Part shown: one piece after another, positions 1 to 10,208 of the stretch
How the letters are laid out: each line of letters starts with the position of its first letter
Numbering within the stretch: the first letter of the stretch is position 1
NCBI GenBank assembly: GCA_013694995.1
Contig: JACDBH010000004.1
Coordinates: 256,995-320,994, forward strand
Direction: 5' to 3'
DNA length: 64,000 nucleotides
From: Candidatus Saccharimonadota bacterium
Lineage (GTDB): Bacteria > Patescibacteriota > Saccharimonadia > Saccharimonadales > JACDBH01
Notes under the pieces: model-generated
What the model saw: the letters and a program-made list of their open reading frames with translations, nothing else
Told to the model about the DNA's origin: nothing
The model's database searches: none
Made by a program: the position numbers and the translations under genes

Positions 1-81
1 CATTGAGAGTGCTAAGTGGTATTATGGTTATATGTGACATTTTAAACAGTTACATTAAGAAAGAGTGGGTAAAATATAATT

Positions 82-2574
82 ATGATGCCACAATCACCTG
101 ACTTCCAAGAATTTTTGAATCATCTGACTGATAATGCGCTGCAAAGCCTTAAGCATGCCGATGCTATTGCACGTAGTTTTAACAGTCCGTACATTGGTAC
201 AGAACATTTACTGCTTGGAGTACTTGCGCAAGATAGTTCTATGGGTGCTAAGGTCCTTGAGGGTGCCGGTGTGACTTTAGAACGTGCACGGTTGGCATTG
301 GACCTTACGCCAAAATCAATAGTTATAAATATGGGGGCCAAAGGTTTAAGTGAAACAGCTAAACTTACTCTTAAGATGTCCTATGAGTTGGCACAGGAGT
401 TTAGCCAGGAGTTCTGCGGCACCGAGCACATCCTCTATAGTATCTTAAGCCAAAAGAATGCCAGGGCAACGACTTTACTGAGGGATATGAATGTGAATGT
501 CGATAGTCTGAACAACGAGCTGGAGCAATTCTTAAATCGTCAGCAATATGAGGATAACAGTGGTGCTGTTGGCAGTCGCCGCCGTACTAAACGAACGCGA
601 GGTAAGACTGCCCTTGATACTTATGGAACCGATATGACGGCGCTAGCCCGTTCCGGCAAGCTCGATCCTGTAATTGGACGGATGCCACAGATTCGTCGCG
701 TCATTACCATCCTCAACCGACGAACTAAAAACAACCCAGTACTAATAGGCGAGTCCGGAGTGGGTAAAACAGCCATAGTAGAGGGGTTAGCACAACGAAT
801 TGTAGCCGAAGACGTTCCCGATAGTTTAATCGATAAGCGTATTATTACTTTAGACTTGGCAGGCATGATTGCCGGTACTAAATACCGTGGTGAGTTTGAA
901 GAAAGACTTAAAAAAGTCATGGCTGAACTAGAAGACGATAAGAAGTCCATTATTTTTATTGACGAACTGCATTTAATTGTCGGTGCCGGTTCAGCCGAAG
1001 GCTCAATGGACGCCGGGAATATTTTAAAACCTTCATTAGCGCGAGGAAAAATTCAATTAATCGGTGCCACTACGACAGCCGAATATACTAAGTATGTCGA
1101 AAAAGACTCAGCTCTAGAGCGACGCTTCCAGCCTATCCAAGTACCCGAAACGACTGTACCCGAAACACTGGCGATCCTTAAAGGTTTGCGCAAGCACTAT
1201 GAGCAGTTCCACGGTGTTCAAATCAGTGACGAGGTACTGAACGATACGGTTAATTTGGCAAAGCGCTACGTCAACGACCGCTTCATGCCCGACAAAGCCA
1301 TTGATCTGCTAGATGAAGCTTCGGCTCACTTACGTGTCGACAAAGGCAAGACCCCACCCGAGTTACGCAAGCTGCAGAAAGAGCTGAAACTTCTTAATGT
1401 CCGTATTGATGATGCGGTAGATGGTGAAGACTATCAAAAGGCAGCCGAGTATAAGCAGCGCGCCAGCCAAATCCATACCCAAATAAATAAAATGCAGGCT
1501 GAGGGCAAAGGCGGTAAGCGATTGAAACTTAGCTCGGAAGACGTTGCAGACGTAGTCGCAAGGATGACAGGTGTGCCAGTGAATAAAGTTATTCGATCAG
1601 AAGCCAAATACTTGCGCAACCTGGAGCAAAACTTAAGCCGGCATGTCATTGGCCAGGATGAGGCGGTATCCGCTATAGCTAGGTCAGTAAGGCGCAACCG
1701 TGTGGGAATAGGCCAAACCTCGCGCCCGATCGGTTCTTTCATATTCTTGGGCCCAACAGGTGTTGGTAAAACGGAGCTTGCCCGAGTACTTGCCCGGGAA
1801 TTCTTTGGATCCGAATCGGCGCTGGTCAAAATCGATATGAGTGAATTCGGTGAACACCATACAGTCTCTCGTCTAGTTGGCGCTCCGGCAGGCTATATAG
1901 GCTATGACGACGGCGGGCAACTGACCGATAAAATCCGCCACCAGCCTTATAGCGTAGTCCTGTTCGACGAGATTGAAAAAGCTCATCCCGATGTATTCAA
2001 TATGTTACTGCAGCTTTTAGAGGACGGTAAGCTGACTGACGCAAAAAGCCGCTCGATAGACTTTACTAATACCATCGTCATTATGACTAGCAATATCGGC
2101 GCTGAGAAACTACAGAAGGAAGCCGCTTTCGGCTTCCACGCAATCGGCAAGCAAGATATCAACGACCTAGACGAATTACATAGTGAAAATCGCCATAAAG
2201 TCTTAGAGGATCTTAAAAAGCTTATGCGTCCCGAACTATTAAACCGCATTGATAAGACCATAGTGTTCCGGGCCCTCACAAAGAAAGACGCCTTGTCTAT
2301 CCTTGACTTGCAGCTAGATGAACTCCGCGGTCGGCTGGTCAAACATGGCTTAGGATTACAGATGAACATGGGTGCCAAGCAGGTTATGCTAGAAAAGGGA
2401 TATGATGCCAAAAATGGCGTAAGGCCCATGCGCCGCCTAATCCAAGACGAAATCGAAGATCATATCGCTAACAATCTACTAGATGAGGATTACCACAAAG
2501 GCGATATCGTCCAGGTAAAAAGCTCGAAGAATGAGCTGAGTTTCAGCGTCCAGCGCGAAAAAGCCGCTGCTTAA
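82..2574 (+). CDS. clpC: ATP-dependent Clp protease ATP-binding subunit ClpC (AAA+ chaperone)
   Basis: 830-aa ORF. Duplicated N-terminal Clp_N repeat ([10 protein letters not shown] / [10 protein letters not shown]) and two P-loops ([18 protein letters not shown]). A second ATG lies at 85. Confidence 0.9.
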   Translation: MMPQSPDFQEFLNHLTDNALQSLKHADAIARSFNSPYIGTEHLLLGVLAQDSSMGAKVLEGAGVTLERARLALDLTPKSIVINMGAKGLSETAKLTLKMSYELAQEFSQEFCGTEHILYSILSQKNARATTLLRDMNVNVDSLNNELEQFLNRQQYEDNSGAVGSRRRTKRTRGKTALDTYGTDMTALARSGKLDPVIGRMPQIRRVITILNRRTKNNPVLIGESGVGKTAIVEGLAQRIVAEDVPDSLIDKRIITLDLAGMIAGTKYRGEFEERLKKVMAELEDDKKSIIFIDELHLIVGAGSAEGSMDAGNILKPSLARGKIQLIGATTTAEYTKYVEKDSALERRFQPIQVPETTVPETLAILKGLRKHYEQFHGVQISDEVLNDTVNLAKRYVNDRFMPDKAIDLLDEASAHLRVDKGKTPPELRKLQKELKLLNVRIDDAVDGEDYQKAAEYKQRASQIHTQINKMQAEGKGGKRLKLSSEDVADVVARMTGVPVNKVIRSEAKYLRNLEQNLSRHVIGQDEAVSAIARSVRRNRVGIGQTSRPIGSFIFLGPTGVGKTELARVLAREFFGSESALVKIDMSEFGEHHTVSRLVGAPAGYIGYDDGGQLTDKIRHQPYSVVLFDEIEKAHPDVFNMLLQLLEDGKLTDAKSRSIDFTNTIVIMTSNIGAEKLQKEAAFGFHAIGKQDINDLDELHSENRHKVLEDLKKLMRPELLNRIDKTIVFRALTKKDALSILDLQLDELRGRLVKHGLGLQMNMGAKQVMLEKGYDAKNGVRPMRRLIQDEIEDHIANNLLDEDYHKGDIVQVKSSKNELSFSVQREKAAA

Positions 2575-2614
2575 AGCTTAGCGAAAAAAACTCCGTGCAT
2601 GTACACTTAATCTC

Positions 2615-3583
2615 ATGAAACTACGGCGTCTTGGCTCCGGAATAATATCGATCGCTCTATTGCTATTGTTCGGGTTCGCTGTACTCAAGTGGCAGTCGAT
2701 TTCGGATTGGTGGCGGCTTCGCGGTTATATCCCGCCTGAAGTAGTAGCTCAGCTAGCAACCAGCACAACCATGCTTGATAGCTCACGGAACCTGTTTTAT
2801 GTGAACCGCCCTGTGCTTGCCAATAAACAGAGTTTTAATGAATATTGCCGGAATAATGAGCGTACTATTGTGCTGGGCTGTTACATACAACAGGATGGCA
2901 TTTATCTTTTGGATGTAACCGATGACCGTTTGAAAGGTGTGGAAGAGGTGACGGCCGCCCACGAATTGTTACATGCCGCTTATGACCGCCTGAGTACAAA
3001 GGAGCGCGAAAAAGTTGATAGGATGACAGGTAGCGCATACCAGGCAATGGGGGACGAGCGTATTAAAAGTACCATTGAGCTCTACCGTTCACAAGATCCT
3101 TCTATCGTGCCAAACGAGCTTCACTCTATTCTGGGAACTGAAGTAAGAAACTTATCCCTAGAGCTTGAGGATTATTACAGGCAGTATTTTGCTGATCGGC
3201 TACAAGTAGTCGGCTTTTCTGAGCAATATGAACAAGCCTTTACCGAGCGACGCAACCAAATTATAGCTTTTGACAGCCAGTTAGCAACGCTTAAGCAGCA
3301 GATTGACAGCTTGAAATTATCGCTAGAGCAGACAGACAGTGAATTGCGTTCCCAACGCAGCAAGATGAATTCCCTGCGGTCTAGTGGACAGACTGAAGCT
3401 TATAATGCCGAAGTCCCTAGTTATAACAGCAAAGTAAATCGTTATAACCGTGATATTGATACATTGAGTGGCCTTGTGCTTAAGTACAATGAGGTTGTGC
3501 AGAAACGCAACGCCATCGCTTCCGAAGAAGCCGAACTAGTGGAAGCTATCGACAGCCGCGAAGTAGTTCCGGACCAGCGTTAA
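2615..3583 (+). CDS. hypothetical membrane-anchored protein with HExxH motif (putative Zn-metallopeptidase) and C-terminal coiled coil
   Basis: 322-aa ORF. N-terminal hydrophobic helix (IISIALLLLFGFAVL), AAHELLHAAY motif, and a Q/S/L/E-rich heptad-like C-terminal third. Family not recognised. Confidence 0.6.
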   Translation: MKLRRLGSGIISIALLLLFGFAVLKWQSISDWWRLRGYIPPEVVAQLATSTTMLDSSRNLFYVNRPVLANKQSFNEYCRNNERTIVLGCYIQQDGIYLLDVTDDRLKGVEEVTAAHELLHAAYDRLSTKEREKVDRMTGSAYQAMGDERIKSTIELYRSQDPSIVPNELHSILGTEVRNLSLELEDYYRQYFADRLQVVGFSEQYEQAFTERRNQIIAFDSQLATLKQQIDSLKLSLEQTDSELRSQRSKMNSLRSSGQTEAYNAEVPSYNSKVNRYNRDIDTLSGLVLKYNEVVQKRNAIASEEAELVEAIDSREVVPDQR

Positions 3584-3617
3584 GGTTTATCTATTAAATA
3601 ATCAAAAAAACCTAAGG

Positions 3618-3623
3618 TATACT
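3618..3623 (+). promoter_or_regulatory. candidate -10 box TATACT, 6 nt upstream of the radA ATG (possible leaderless mRNA)
   Basis: ctAAGGTATACTggactaATG. The same AGG-TATAMT-N6-8-ATG pattern recurs at several genes in the window. Confidence 0.35.
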
Positions 3624-3629
3624 GGACTA

Positions 3630-4973
3630 ATGGCAAAAAAGGGAAGTGTGCGCTATGTTTGCAACAGCTGCGGTGCAGTCCATTCCTCATGGATGGGGCG
3701 TTGCAGTACGTGTGGCGAATGGAACACCATAACTGAGGAACTCGATACAGCGGCTCTTAGTGCGCCCAAAGGACGGAAATTACAGACTTCTTCTGTCAGC
3801 TTAGTAGCTAAGAATGAGCAGCAAAAACGTCTTGATGCCGGCGAGCCTACGGTCAATGATGTATTAGGCGGTGGATTTGTGCCCGGCAGCGTGATACTTA
3901 TTGCCGGCCAACCGGGCATCGGTAAAAGCACGTTAATGCTGCAAATAGCCTATGCCGCTGCCAAAGCTGTCAGCGTTCTTTATATCAGCGGCGAAGAATC
4001 GGTGCACCAGGTAGGATTGCGGGCGAAACGGCTGGGAGTTAGCCAGGAGCAGCTTCAGATTGCGTCCAGCACTTCAGCAGACGATATCGCGGCAACTATA
4101 GCAAGCGGTGATCATGCATTAGTCGTCGTCGACTCCATCCAGACAGTTTCTGTGGAGGCTATTGTTTCTGCCGCCGGAACTGTCAGCCAGATTACCAATA
4201 GCACATATATGATGATGCAGGCCGCCAAGCGCTCAAACACCGCTTTGCTGTTAGTCGGGCATGTGACTAAAGAAGGTTCTATCGCTGGACCTAAAGTACT
4301 TGAGCATGTAGTTGATGTCGTATTGCAGCTGGAAGGTGACAGATATGGCGGGTTCAAAGTATTAAGAAGCGTCAAGAACCGGTTTGGTAACACAAATGAA
4401 TCGGCAATCTTTGAAATGAAGGAGGACGGTCTCCAACCGGTCGAAAATCCTTCTGCGGCATTGTTGGCCGAGAGGCAAGTTAGCGACGGTTCTGTCGTTC
4501 TAGCAACGTTAGAAGGCGCCAGGCCGCTCCTAGTTGAAGTCCAGGCGTTAGTAAATACTACAAGCTATGGATATCCCAAACGCGCTGCCAGCGGTATAGA
4601 TTTGAACCGGGTAAATTTATTGATAGCCATGCTGGAAAAACGTACTAAGCTGAATCTGGCTGACAAAGATATTTATATTAATATTGTCGGTGGACTCAAG
4701 ATTACTGAACCGGCGGCTGACCTGGCTATATGCATGGCAATAGCCAGTGCCAGCAAGGGTATGCAGCTTAAAGAAGATGCTGTTGTCTTTGGCGAAGTTG
4801 GCCTAAGCGGCGAAGTCCGGCGGGTACCGTATGCTGAGAAACGTATAGCCGAGGCAAAAAAACTTGGATTTTCCGTTGCGATTGCCCCTAAAAACAGTAC
4901 AACCAAGAAAAATACATTCGTCCGCGAAGTTATCGATATTCGAAGCGCACTTAATTCTTTTTTGAGCAAATGA
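3630..4973 (+). CDS. radA: DNA repair protein RadA/Sms
   Basis: N-terminal C4 zinc finger (CNSCGAVHSSWMGRCSTCGEW), Walker A GQPGIGKST, KNRFG motif, Lon-like C-terminal domain. Confidence 0.93.
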   Translation: MAKKGSVRYVCNSCGAVHSSWMGRCSTCGEWNTITEELDTAALSAPKGRKLQTSSVSLVAKNEQQKRLDAGEPTVNDVLGGGFVPGSVILIAGQPGIGKSTLMLQIAYAAAKAVSVLYISGEESVHQVGLRAKRLGVSQEQLQIASSTSADDIAATIASGDHALVVVDSIQTVSVEAIVSAAGTVSQITNSTYMMMQAAKRSNTALLLVGHVTKEGSIAGPKVLEHVVDVVLQLEGDRYGGFKVLRSVKNRFGNTNESAIFEMKEDGLQPVENPSAALLAERQVSDGSVVLATLEGARPLLVEVQALVNTTSYGYPKRAASGIDLNRVNLLIAMLEKRTKLNLADKDIYINIVGGLKITEPAADLAICMAIASASKGMQLKEDAVVFGEVGLSGEVRRVPYAEKRIAEAKKLGFSVAIAPKNSTTKKNTFVREVIDIRSALNSFLSK

Positions 4974-4984
4974 GTCGATAATAG

Positions 4985-7900
4985 TTAGGCGGAAAATGTA
5001 TTGGATTCGGCAGTTACGCCTTTGGCTTTTATCTGCCAAGCAGCAGCAGCTCCATTACAGCTAAGTACTTTAGGTGATCCAGCTGCATCGTCAACATCTG
5101 CTCCGTTTTTAAAGATGTCATAGCCGGTGGCTCCAGGTGCCGTACTCCATGATAAGGTACACGTATTAACTACGCGGCTTACGGTTAGGCTTATAGTCGG
5201 CCCCACCGCCGCTGTCGTAAAATTTACGTTTACCGGATTTGACGTGCTGTTGTAGAGCACGCTGTCGATGACCTCTGCTGTTACGCTTGCGCTGCCATTT
5301 GTAGTAGCTGTGTAGTTTATGCCTGCCTGGGCCGCGGCAATTCCGACCGAGCCGCCGCTGACGGTCTGCCCGTTGACCTTGAAGTTAACCACGCCGCCTC
5401 GGCTGGCGCTATCTAATGGGTGGGTGCCCGGGCTAACTGAGGCTTTAAATACATAGCTGCCGTTGCTGCCGCTTACGCTGACCGAAACACTCGGCCTTGC
5501 GTCGCTACAGGCGTGTACGTCGTCCTTTTCGTTTGTAGCAGTAGCGTTAGCTCCGCTAGCGTCTACAAATGTGTCCCCGCTGTACTGAGCTGCCGAGCCA
5601 CCAGTCTGTTCTTTTTTAGCTAGCTCAGGCGTACATTCGGTTGCCAGTTTGTTAGATATAATATCGATTATGCGCTTTTCGTTTTTGATGTTTTTCTTCT
5701 GGTACCACGAGGGATAAAGATCTTCTTTCGGACTTGGTTCCACCGATCCCGTACCCACGTGACTAGTGATGACATAGGCTGAAGCGGTTTGTACACCAGC
5801 AGGTTTAGTAAAGTCCTTGGGCGCCAAGTTTTCGTGAGCGCGCTTCATCCAGTTATTGAAAATCGGCCTGGTCATGTTTTCCATAAATCCGCTCATCTCT
5901 TTTGTGCGGTTGTGGTAGGCGACCCAGACAGCCGAAGCGTATTTGCTTGAATAGCCTGTCATCCAACCATCTTTGGCATCGTTAGTGGTACCAGTTTTAA
6001 CTGCAAATTTCCATGTACCCTGCTTGTTTTGGTAGCGCTGTATCTTCTGGCTGAAGTAACTAGCATTAGGATCGGACAACATGTCACTGATAATAAAGGC
6101 CGTATCTGGCCGAACTGCTTGGGTACCGCCTTCCATTTTCCATTCATAGGTAGTCTTGTCGCCGGCATCAACAATCTTAAGTATGTAGGAACGAGGAAGA
6201 CTTAAACCATTTCGGCCGAGGGTTGCCAGACCATGAACGTGCTCATCCATCTTAAGATAAGCACCATCGCCGATAGCAGAGGAGGCATAACACTGTTCTT
6301 CGCTGTCCGAAGTAAATTCAATCGTTTCCGGGGCGTAGCAATTGTAGCCAAAACTGTTAGGATTGCTAGCGTTCATTATGCTCTCGGCGGTTTCGATTGT
6401 CTTATCTACGCCGGCAATCAGCATAGCCTTGACAGCAGGGATATTGCGCGAACCGCCTAGGGCATAACGCAGGGTGACAGGACCGGGAAACCTCAGATCA
6501 TAATCGTGCAGGCAGTTGCCGCCATTTTTTGGCGCGGCCTTGTTGGTACAAGCGTATCCGGGCAGTGGCCCCTGGGTGTCATACAACACCGTACCAGCGC
6601 CAACATTAGTAGTATTTTCTATTAAAGCGGCATAATCGTATGGCTTAAAGCTGGAGCCTGGTGGGAGGGGAGTACGAGCATAATTATTCTGACCAAATGT
6701 TGGGTCTGTGAAATCTGGTCCACCGACCATGGCTACTATCTGGCCATTTTCAACATCTTCGGCTACAAAGGCAGCTACGTTACCACCTTGGCGCCTAACC
6801 TGAGGCATACCTTTATTAACTTCATCCTCGGCTATGTTTTGCAGGTTCAAATCAAGTGTAGTAGTCACTTTCCAGCCGCTGCGATTGACGGTCTGTGCGC
6901 CAAACTGTAAATCTAGTTGTTCTTTGGCGGTTAAGACGAAGTATGGTGCCTTGACACCGGTAAACTTACTCTCCTGTTTTTTGGTTGTTGCCAGTACATC
7001 AACTAGCTTGGCGGCTTCGCTCTGTTCGGAAGTGATATAGCCCATTTCTGTCATGACGCCAAGTGTATAGTGCATCCTACCTATAACGGCTTCACGGCCT
7101 CCATCTGCGTAATAAGCGCCGTAAGGCGAATAATATGACGGTGATTGCGGCAAAGAGGCCAAAAAGACAGACTCTTCCAAATTAAGGTCTTTTGCCGGCT
7201 TATGGAAATAATCCTGGGAGGCGGCTTCTACGCCGTACTCGATGTTGCCATAAGGCGCTGTGTTAAGATAGCCGGTTAAGATTTCATCCTTAGAATAACT
7301 ACGTTCTAGCTCGACGGATAAAATAAGTTCTTTAATTTTGCGGGTATAGGAACGATCTTTGCTCCAGTCCTGGGATAGTTTTACTAGTTGCTGGGTAATA
7401 GTCGAACCACCCTGGCTGGTCGAGCCGCCAGTGATATTCGCCCAGCCAGCGCGGGTAATACCCTTAAGGTCAAAGCCACCGTGCTTAAAGAAGTCCCGGT
7501 CTTCAAGAGCTATAGTCGCATCTTTCATGAACTGAGATATTTGGTCGCTTTTTACCGGTATACGTTTGACCGCGTCATAATCTTCCCATAATAGTGTCTC
7601 GCCGGAACGGTCATAATAACGGATGCTGCCGCCTATATTATTACCTGAAATATCACGAAGATTAGGTAAGTCCTTACGGAAGTAAGCGAAAACACCGATC
7701 ATCAGGACAAATACGACGATAATACCGATGCCTGTAACTTTCAGCGCCATTATCCCGCCTTCGCGGCTGAACCAGTAGGCAGCTAAGCGCCTGGGGTTTA
7801 AGCGATAAGCTATTCGTTTCAAACGGCTTTTAGGAAGATTCTTGAGCCGTTCGGCTTTGCTAATGGCCCTGTTATCGCGGCGGACTTTAACTCGGTCCGC

Positions 7901-8008
7901 CAAGGAACTGTGCAGTTTAATGGTCTTGCCGCTTTTTGTTACATGGACATTATTTTTAGAACCGCTGCGCGGTCTGTTAGAAACAGTTGGCTTTTTGCTG
8001 CGAACCAT
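4985..8008 (-). CDS. bifunctional class A penicillin-binding protein (glycosyltransferase GT51 + transpeptidase) with long N- and C-terminal extensions
   Basis: GT51 motifs EDRDFFKHGG and GGSTITQQL. Transpeptidase motifs SSFKP, SRN, KTGTT. One TM helix. The C-terminal ~230 aa is Ser/Thr/Gly-rich and beta-like, with an Fn3-like TLSWSTAPGATGYDIF. Confidence 0.9.
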   Translation of the reverse strand: MVRSKKPTVSNRPRSGSKNNVHVTKSGKTIKLHSSLADRVKVRRDNRAISKAERLKNLPKSRLKRIAYRLNPRRLAAYWFSREGGIMALKVTGIGIIVVFVLMIGVFAYFRKDLPNLRDISGNNIGGSIRYYDRSGETLLWEDYDAVKRIPVKSDQISQFMKDATIALEDRDFFKHGGFDLKGITRAGWANITGGSTSQGGSTITQQLVKLSQDWSKDRSYTRKIKELILSVELERSYSKDEILTGYLNTAPYGNIEYGVEAASQDYFHKPAKDLNLEESVFLASLPQSPSYYSPYGAYYADGGREAVIGRMHYTLGVMTEMGYITSEQSEAAKLVDVLATTKKQESKFTGVKAPYFVLTAKEQLDLQFGAQTVNRSGWKVTTTLDLNLQNIAEDEVNKGMPQVRRQGGNVAAFVAEDVENGQIVAMVGGPDFTDPTFGQNNYARTPLPPGSSFKPYDYAALIENTTNVGAGTVLYDTQGPLPGYACTNKAAPKNGGNCLHDYDLRFPGPVTLRYALGGSRNIPAVKAMLIAGVDKTIETAESIMNASNPNSFGYNCYAPETIEFTSDSEEQCYASSAIGDGAYLKMDEHVHGLATLGRNGLSLPRSYILKIVDAGDKTTYEWKMEGGTQAVRPDTAFIISDMLSDPNASYFSQKIQRYQNKQGTWKFAVKTGTTNDAKDGWMTGYSSKYASAVWVAYHNRTKEMSGFMENMTRPIFNNWMKRAHENLAPKDFTKPAGVQTASAYVITSHVGTGSVEPSPKEDLYPSWYQKKNIKNEKRIIDIISNKLATECTPELAKKEQTGGSAAQYSGDTFVDASGANATATNEKDDVHACSDARPSVSVSVSGSNGSYVFKASVSPGTHPLDSASRGGVVNFKVNGQTVSGGSVGIAAAQAGINYTATTNGSASVTAEVIDSVLYNSTSNPVNVNFTTAAVGPTISLTVSRVVNTCTLSWSTAPGATGYDIFKNGADVDDAAGSPKVLSCNGAAAAWQIKAKGVTAESNTFSA

Positions 8009-8039
8009 TAGTTTATCGTGATCTCCTTAATAGACTTGT

Positions 8040-8048
8040 ATTATAGCA
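8040..8048 (-). promoter_or_regulatory. candidate extended -10 (TGcTATAAT) for the PBP gene
   Basis: The minus strand reads TGCTATAAT ~30 nt upstream of the ATG at 8008, with AAGGAG between them. Confidence 0.35.
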
Positions 8049-8082
8049 AAAGCGTTAGTGACGTTACACTCTTTTTGTAATG

Positions 8083-8111
8083 TTGAATAGTATCAGGTAC
8101 GCTATTAATAG
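8083..8111 (+). promoter_or_regulatory. candidate sigma70-type promoter for tyrS (TTGAAT-17-TAATAG)
   Basis: TTGAAT at 8083-8088, 17-nt spacer, TAATAG at 8106-8111. An AAGAGG Shine-Dalgarno follows before the ATG at 8152. Confidence 0.35.
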
Positions 8112-8151
8112 GGATTAAAAATAGTAGTGTCGCATAAATTAAGAGGCTGTA

Positions 8152-9411
8152 ATGACATTATCGGAAGAACTTACCTGGCGAGGATTTGCAAATCAATGGA
8201 CTTACAAATCAATTACTGATATCGACATAAATAAATTTACATTTTATTGGGGCGTTGATCCAAGTGCTGATTCCATGACTATCGGTAACTTAGCAGCCGC
8301 CATGATGGTGCGCCATTTTATCGACCATGGCCAAAAAGCTATACTTCTATTGGGTGGCGCAACTGGGATGATCGGTGACCCTGATGGCAAGTCTGCCGAG
8401 CGCGAACTGCTGAGTACAGAACAAATTGCTGCTAATAAATCAGCCATTGCCGAGCAATACAAACGAGTGTTTGCAGGCAAAGATTTCGAAATAGTAGACA
8501 ACTACGAATGGTTCAAAGATATCAGCTACTTAGATTTCCTGCGCGATGTTGGCAAGCATGTACCGATGCGGACGATGTTGGGTCGTGAATTCGTGCAGTC
8601 ACGGTTGGGCGAAGAGGGCAGCGGCATTAGTTATGCTGAGTTTAGCTATTCCTTAATACAGGGCTACGATTTCTTGCATCTGAACCGCGAAAAAGGTGTG
8701 TCATTACAAGTCTGCGGTGCAGATCAATGGGGTAATAGTATCGCCGGCGTGGATTTGATAAGACGGCTGACCGGCAACGAAGCCCATGTCTGGTCAGCTC
8801 CACTTATTGTCAACAAAGACACTGGTGTAAAGTTTGGTAAGTCAGAGGAGGGTGCGGTCTGGCTGGATGCCAATAAAACAAGCGCATATAAGTTTTACCA
8901 ATTCTGGCTGAATGTCGGAGATGAGAGCGCGGGTGATTTATTAAAAATATACACCCTGCTTCCCAAAGACGAAATAGAATCGATTCTAGTATCGCACCAA
9001 CATGAGCCTGGTAAAAGGATTGCTCAAATTACTCTAGCTGATCAAGTCACTAGCCTGGTGCATGGTACTGAAGCGATGGCTGTTGCAAAATTTGCCACCG
9101 AAGTTACTTTTCAGAACCGACGCCTGGATAGTGTCAGCGAGGAAGAAATAACCACATTGATGAAAGAACTACCGAGTGCCCACGTTAATCTCAAAGAACT
9201 GGAACGCTTAACTGTAACTGATATCGTTGTGCTGCTGGGCCTGGCATCATCTAAGCGCGAGGCCAGGGAGTTTATTGCAAGTGGAGCCATACGAATCAAT
9301 AACGAACCGGTTGAAGCAAACGCCGATTTGTTCCCAGTGGCAAAGCTACAGGCAGGAGCAGGACTTATAAGAAGAGGCCAAAAACAATTTGGCATCATTA
9401 AGGCCGCCTAG
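8152..9411 (+). CDS. tyrS: tyrosine--tRNA ligase
   Basis: Class I aaRS with a KFGKS (KMSKS-type) motif, TyrRS-like core and a C-terminal S4-like domain. 419 aa. Confidence 0.93.
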   Translation: MTLSEELTWRGFANQWTYKSITDIDINKFTFYWGVDPSADSMTIGNLAAAMMVRHFIDHGQKAILLLGGATGMIGDPDGKSAERELLSTEQIAANKSAIAEQYKRVFAGKDFEIVDNYEWFKDISYLDFLRDVGKHVPMRTMLGREFVQSRLGEEGSGISYAEFSYSLIQGYDFLHLNREKGVSLQVCGADQWGNSIAGVDLIRRLTGNEAHVWSAPLIVNKDTGVKFGKSEEGAVWLDANKTSAYKFYQFWLNVGDESAGDLLKIYTLLPKDEIESILVSHQHEPGKRIAQITLADQVTSLVHGTEAMAVAKFATEVTFQNRRLDSVSEEEITTLMKELPSAHVNLKELERLTVTDIVVLLGLASSKREAREFIASGAIRINNEPVEANADLFPVAKLQAGAGLIRRGQKQFGIIKAA

Positions 9412-9412
9412 G

Positions 9413-9418
9413 TATACT
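9413..9418 (+). promoter_or_regulatory. candidate -10 box TATACT, 8 nt upstream of the ATG at 9427
   Basis: cctAGGTATACTgcatatctATG, inside the 15-nt tyrS/methyltransferase spacer. Confidence 0.3.
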
Positions 9419-9426
9419 GCATATCT

Positions 9427-10188
9427 ATGGCTACAAAGAAAAAAGCAGACCAATATAACGACCCGTCACACAACTATCTACATTATTGGGATGGGCGTGA
9501 TTATGAACATGAAGCTGAAATTCTTGCCATCGACCGCCTACTAAAAGGCAAGCACTTCAAGCATGCAGTCGATGTCGGCGGCGGCTATGGCAGATTGAGC
9601 GCAATACTTACACATTATGCAGATAAAGTCACGCTTGCCGAACCGTCTAAACAACAACTTGATATTGCCGAAGATTTTCTTAAGGATTACCCTACTGTGG
9701 AGCGCAAATTAATGCAAGCAGACAACCTTAAATTTACTGATGGCAGCGTCGATTTAGTTACTGTAGTGCGGGTTATTCATCATTTACCAGATCCGACTGC
9801 AGAATTCGCTGAAATTGCCCGTATTTTGAGTCCTGAAGGCTATTTCTTTTTAGAATTTGCAAATTATGCTAACTTCAAGAACCGAGTAAGGCACATAATT
9901 AGGCGCAAAAAGTTACCGCACGATCCAGTTGATATTCGTTCAGATGCCAATAAACATAACAATGAAATCCCGTTCGTGAACCATAATCCGAAAACTGTCC
10001 GAAAGCAACTAGCTCATGCTGGGCTAAGAGTTGAAAAAGTATTATCGGTATCAAATCTGCGCAGCCCGCGACTAAAAAAAATCCTTCCCAGAGGCGGCAT
10101 GGTTGCAATAGAAAGCCTGATGCAGCCAGCCCTTGCTAAGTCATACTTTGGTCCCAGCACCGTATTTTTAGCGCGCAAGGGCCGCTAA
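9427..10188 (+). CDS. class I SAM-dependent methyltransferase
   Basis: SAM-binding motif I VDVGGGYGRL and a Rossmann-type pattern. Substrate unknown. Confidence 0.8.
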   Translation: MATKKKADQYNDPSHNYLHYWDGRDYEHEAEILAIDRLLKGKHFKHAVDVGGGYGRLSAILTHYADKVTLAEPSKQQLDIAEDFLKDYPTVERKLMQADNLKFTDGSVDLVTVVRVIHHLPDPTAEFAEIARILSPEGYFFLEFANYANFKNRVRHIIRRKKLPHDPVDIRSDANKHNNEIPFVNHNPKTVRKQLAHAGLRVEKVLSVSNLRSPRLKKILPRGGMVAIESLMQPALAKSYFGPSTVFLARKGR

Positions 10189-10195
10189 CAAAGGA

Positions 10196-10201
10196 TATAC
10201 T
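10196..10201 (+). promoter_or_regulatory. candidate -10 box TATACT, 7 nt upstream of the recG ATG
   Basis: caAAGGATATACTtagtcccATG. Confidence 0.3.
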
Positions 10202-10208
10202 TAGTCCC

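Noticed and set aside
75-80. TATAAT immediately upstream of the clpC start
   Set aside because: It is only 1 nt from the ATG at 82, which is too close for a -10 box. The overlapping TAAAAT (70-75, 6 nt upstream) is possible but too degenerate to list as a feature.
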